Shown here: piece by piece, positions 34,058 to 37,733 of the stretch
Layout: every line of letters begins with the position of its first letter
Numbering within the stretch: the stretch's first letter is position 1
Source of the DNA: a virus
Virus record (IMG/VR): IMGVR_UViG_3300009156_000026
Location: 1-37,733 of that record
Reading direction: 5' to 3' (one strand)
Length of the DNA: 37,733 nucleotides
Translations under genes and position numbers: made by a program
Notes under the pieces: model-generated
The model's input: only the letters and a program-made list of their open reading frames with translations
Database searches by the model: none
Told to the model about the DNA's origin: nothing

Positions 34058-34666
34058 ATGTACATCGACAAGAACGTCGATATCGAGACCCTGCTCCCTG
34101 AGATTCAGCAGGCCGGGCTGCCCATCACGGCCCTGCGGTTCTTGGCCAACGCGGACCTCACCCCTGGGGGTGAACTGCGGACGGACGACCCTCAGGGGGT
34201 GGCGCGCGACTTCACGCCCGAAGAGCAGGTGATCGTCCTGCCCGTGGTCGAGGCCCACGTCCCGCCCCCGAAGCCGTTCGACTACGCCCTGGCCACCACC
34301 GTCGATGCCGTCCTGACGACCACCGACGACCTGGAGCACGACGTGTTCGTGCTACCGGCCCAGCCCAGATCCATCTACCGCGCCGAGCTCACGATGTCGG
34401 CCATGGACCGAGGGAACGGCGCCATGAAGACGATGACCGGCATCCTGGTCTGGAAGCGCCTGCTGGGGGCCAACGTGATCGCCCCGCCCTCGAACATCAC
34501 CGTGCTGTCCCAGATCAACGACACCGCTGCGGCCTCCTGGATCATGAACGGGGTCCCCCAGGCCGGGAACTTCCGGGTCTACGTCAAGGGCGCCCCTGGG
34601 CGCACGATCGACTGGTTCCTGACGGGCCCGATCGGGCGGTTCGCGCCCGGCGGACTCGACGTCTAG
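34058..34666 (+). CDS. Tail-fibre-associated protein
   Basis: Directly follows the fibre gene; beta-rich C-terminus. Confidence 0.6.
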   Translation: MYIDKNVDIETLLPEIQQAGLPITALRFLANADLTPGGELRTDDPQGVARDFTPEEQVIVLPVVEAHVPPPKPFDYALATTVDAVLTTTDDLEHDVFVLPAQPRSIYRAELTMSAMDRGNGAMKTMTGILVWKRLLGANVIAPPSNITVLSQINDTAAASWIMNGVPQAGNFRVYVKGAPGRTIDWFLTGPIGRFAPGGLDV

Positions 34667-34669
34667 GCC

Positions 34670-36157
34670 ATGGCCTCCTCGCCCGTCCTGGTCGGCGCGG
34701 GCACCGCCGCGTTCGAGACCACCCCCGGGCTCGCCTTCACGCCGTCCCTGCCGCTGGGCTGGGCGCGCCGCGACATCCTGCTGCTCCTGTTCACCCACAC
34801 CGCCAACGGCCCCCTGAGCCCCCCGTCCGGCTGGACCCAGCTTGCCGCCCAGGACAACACCTCGGGCCAGCGGACCGAGCTCTGGTGGAAGCGGGCCACA
34901 CCGTCGGAGACGCCGCCGTCGCTGGTGCTTGCCTCGAACGCCGTCACGACGGTCCGTGGCGCCCGGATCTACGCCATCCGAGGCTGCCCGCCCGACGACA
35001 CGCCGTTCGATCGGGTCACCATCACCACCAACGCGGCGTCCGCGACGATCGACGTCCCGGCCGTCACCTCGACCAGACTGGCCGAGCTCGCCCTCGCCCT
35101 GGTCGCCTACGCCTCGAACCCGCTCACGGCCACCACCCTGGTCGGCTGGACCCAGCCGGCCCTGGCCGTCCAGGGCTACGGCACCGACGTCTGGTCGGGA
35201 TCCTATACGGTCGACTCGACCGACCCCGACGTCCCGTCGGGAGGCACGGCCGGCCCGGGCGCGATGCTGCTGCACCAGTACCGCCCGCTCGGCAACCCGC
35301 TGACCGTCCCGTCGACCAGCACCACCGTCTCGGAGGGCACGTTTAGCCCGGCCGTCTCGACGGTCATCACCCTGACGCTGGCCTCGCTGCCGTCGGCCAG
35401 CATGCGGGTCCGCGCACGGCTCCGTGGGCTTGCCCACCGTGGCGGCCCGGCCCTCGCGCGGGCGGCGGTCCGGGTCCTGTCCGTCGGGCGGAAGGAGACC
35501 GAGCAGCCGTCACGAACCCTGGCGGACGTCAGAGCCCGTGCGCAGACGCTCAAGGTCGGCCTGACCAGCCTCGTCGGGCAGGCCCGCTCATGGGCCACCT
35601 CGGCGGTCGTCAAGCGCGGCCGAGCCATGGCCGCGCTCGGGGTGCGCAGCGCCTCGATCGTCGTCTCGATGCGGACCCCGGACCTGTCGTCCCCGACCGC
35701 CGGACGGGTCCGCTCGCGGGGCACCTCGACGTACGTCTCGGCGCTCTCGCCGGGCCCGCTGCCCGTCAAGCCGCCCATCCCCCGCGACCTGGGTGAGATC
35801 TACCGAGGCGACACCGTCAAGCTGCCGGTCTGGGTGGCCCAGGCCCGCAACGGCCTGCCGATCGACCTGACGGGCGCGACGCTGCGGTTCACGGCCAAGC
35901 TCGACCTCACCGACGCCGACGCCGACCCGCCGACCATCAACGCCTCGTCCGAGGACGGCTCGATCGCGATCGCGGACCCGCCGACCAACGGTCGCTACCG
36001 GGTGACGATCCCGTCCACCGAGACCCTGGGGCTGGAGATCGACGGCAGCTTCACGTTCGACGTCCAGCTTACCCGCCCCGGCGACGCCTCCGTGGTCCAC
36101 ACGATCGAGTACGGGCGGCTGCTGGTCAACCGCGACGTCACCCGCACGTCTGCTTGA
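34670..36157 (+). CDS. Tail/virion protein with C-terminal BppU-N-like domain
   Basis: PSGWTQL...ELWWKRA beta domain; C-terminus paralogous to 31111-31593. Confidence 0.7.
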   Translation: MASSPVLVGAGTAAFETTPGLAFTPSLPLGWARRDILLLLFTHTANGPLSPPSGWTQLAAQDNTSGQRTELWWKRATPSETPPSLVLASNAVTTVRGARIYAIRGCPPDDTPFDRVTITTNAASATIDVPAVTSTRLAELALALVAYASNPLTATTLVGWTQPALAVQGYGTDVWSGSYTVDSTDPDVPSGGTAGPGAMLLHQYRPLGNPLTVPSTSTTVSEGTFSPAVSTVITLTLASLPSASMRVRARLRGLAHRGGPALARAAVRVLSVGRKETEQPSRTLADVRARAQTLKVGLTSLVGQARSWATSAVVKRGRAMAALGVRSASIVVSMRTPDLSSPTAGRVRSRGTSTYVSALSPGPLPVKPPIPRDLGEIYRGDTVKLPVWVAQARNGLPIDLTGATLRFTAKLDLTDADADPPTINASSEDGSIAIADPPTNGRYRVTIPSTETLGLEIDGSFTFDVQLTRPGDASVVHTIEYGRLLVNRDVTRTSA

Positions 36158-36240
36158 AAAACATGGCGGTAGCTTGTCGTTCGTGAACGTGGCATGACGC
36201 CTCACGGGCTCCCCACCAACGGGGACCCGGGAGAAGAGCC

Positions 36241-36456
36241 ATGCGACGCATGAGCGGAGGCACGCCCCGAGGCGGTCGCCCGTTCGGGGAGACCAGCTAC
36301 TCGGGACGGGGCTTCATGACCGCCTACACCCGCCCGTTCGGCGGGTCGATGAGCATGCGGGTCTCGGGCAAGAAGGCGACCGCCAACGGCATGAGACAGC
36401 TCAAGGGCCGCGTCTCGCGCACCCGTGGCGCCTGGGGATCCGGCACCAGCCACTAA
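36241..36456 (+). CDS. Small Gly/Arg-rich basic protein
   Basis: GGGAGAAG upstream; 71 aa basic. Confidence 0.55.
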   Translation: MRRMSGGTPRGGRPFGETSYSGRGFMTAYTRPFGGSMSMRVSGKKATANGMRQLKGRVSRTRGAWGSGTSH

Positions 36457-36527
36457 TCGCAGCCCTGGCCGCTGCGCGCAGCGCCGGGTGTGGCGCGCAG
36501 TGCCCCTGGCTGCGCGGAGGTTGGCTG

Positions 36528-37238
36528 ATGCCATCCGTCTTCGACGATCCGCGCGAGGTCCTCGATCCGCCGACCTGGGCCGAGCTTGAGCAGAAGCTCG
36601 GGGAGCCGATCCTGGCGTTCGCCGTGGGCGACGCGGACGTGCTGGTCCCCCAGGGCCTGCTTAGCTGCTGCCACGTCGTCCACCAGCCCCACTGCCGCCA
36701 CCACACCGCGCTGAGTCTGGTCGGCTGCTACTTCACGGTGCGGCTGCCGGACGGGACCGAGCAGGAGCGGCGGCCCCTCAAGCAGGTCCACGAGGGCGAC
36801 GTCCTGGCCCGCCCGCTCGACCTGAAGGTGGCCGTCGAGACCGCCCGGCTGATGGCGATCGCGACCGCCGAGCAGCAGCAGGGCCTGCTCTCGACGATGC
36901 GGTTCGAGATCTGGGCCCTCAATCTAGAGACCGCCGAGATCTGGCGGTACCTGCATGCCCAGCAGGCCCAGGCGCTCTCCGACGGCTCGGACGCCGAGGC
37001 GATCGCCGCCCTGCCGATCGTCGTGCTCGACCCCGACGACCCCGAGCCGATCGCGTTCGTGATGGCCCACCCGTCCTTCCGTCACGCCCGCAGCTACGCC
37101 GATCGCGTGCTGCTCGTCCCCTCCGAGCTCGGCCACGACGATCAGGCCCGCTACGTCACCCAGCCCGTCTGGGGCGCGGCCGGAGACGTCTCCTCGGCCG
37201 CCGAGGCGATCGTCCGTGACCCACAGGAGGTGACGTGA
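36528..37238 (+). CDS. Hypothetical protein
   Basis: GGAGG SD; GTGA overlap with next gene. Confidence 0.7.
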   Translation: MPSVFDDPREVLDPPTWAELEQKLGEPILAFAVGDADVLVPQGLLSCCHVVHQPHCRHHTALSLVGCYFTVRLPDGTEQERRPLKQVHEGDVLARPLDLKVAVETARLMAIATAEQQQGLLSTMRFEIWALNLETAEIWRYLHAQQAQALSDGSDAEAIAALPIVVLDPDDPEPIAFVMAHPSFRHARSYADRVLLVPSELGHDDQARYVTQPVWGAAGDVSSAAEAIVRDPQEVT

Positions 37239-37666
37239 TCCGCCACCTCCTGGAGTGGGTCCATCGGCTGCTCGCCCCAAGTTACGTCGAGGTCGGGCCG
37301 GGGATCCCGTTGAAGTCTTTTCGAGCGAAGCTCGGACTTCAACGGGTACCCCCGCCCAAGACCGTCCGTCACAAGCCGCATGTGCCACGGGTCTGCACGG
37401 AGCACCCACCGACGGAGCACCCGCTGCCGGGCACCGGGTTCACTGGCACCGTCACCCGCGTCAAGTTCGACGCCTCCCGCACCTACGAGACGACCGTGGA
37501 CGGCCTGCTCCTGCAACGTGCGGCCGTGGACGTCCTCTTAGCCGACGGACGGATGTCCCGCATCGGGGTCCTGGCCGCCTACGACGCGCTCCCACCCCAC
37601 GAGCCCAGGCGGATCTCCTACATCCCGATCCACGAGATGGTCCCCTCGACGGAGATCGTGCCGTGA
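37235..37666 (+). CDS. Hypothetical protein
   Basis: AGGAGG SD before GTG. Confidence 0.65.
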   Translation: MIRHLLEWVHRLLAPSYVEVGPGIPLKSFRAKLGLQRVPPPKTVRHKPHVPRVCTEHPPTEHPLPGTGFTGTVTRVKFDASRTYETTVDGLLLQRAAVDVLLADGRMSRIGVLAAYDALPPHEPRRISYIPIHEMVPSTEIVP

Positions 37667-37733
37667 CAGCCCAGCCGTACCCGCCGGGCCTCAGAATCGA
37701 GCCGTCTTTTGCTGTGGCGCCGCCGCCCCAGCC

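Larger units (their letters stand above)
1..37733. mobile_element. Bacteriophage/prophage genome segment (early, replication and tail modules)
   Basis: Divergent arms of tightly packed small ORFs; initiator with iterons, DnaC-like loader, MTase, RuvC-like, HNH and tail-fibre-like genes; no host housekeeping operon. Confidence 0.92.

Overview
This is a GC-rich (roughly 70%) bacteriophage or prophage segment with no integrase, terminase or capsid gene inside the window. Left arm (1-14.8 kb, minus strand): a dense early-type operon of small hypothetical genes, many with Cys/His zinc motifs. It also holds an HNH endonuclease and a putative DUF1257-like / DUF2997-like / AAA+ ATPase / SWIM / DUF3150-like module. 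Many of these genes share an AGGAGA(GA)CCC start-associated motif, and three intergenic copies of a conserved covarying hairpin are present. A circularly permuted tRNA-mimic (YrlA-type Y RNA, about 4165-4302) sits antisense in this operon with its own -10 box and no Ro/Rsr gene in the window. A divergent control region (14.85-15.46 kb) leads into the plus-strand arm: an excisionase/Cro-like HTH, a replication initiator with four palindromic iterons, dCTP deaminase, a DnaC-like loader, an LmbU-like/DNA methyltransferase fusion, a nucleoside deoxyribosyltransferase-like protein, a MerR-like HTH, a RuvC-like resolvase and tail/baseplate genes. The most striking element is a 1.6-kb array (23283-24880) of about 35 non-identical units, each GAC plus n pentamers NNN(C/T)C. 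It looks like a programmable, guide-like repeat RNA array, with no recognisable effector in the window. All family calls come from motif recognition by eye, not from database searches.
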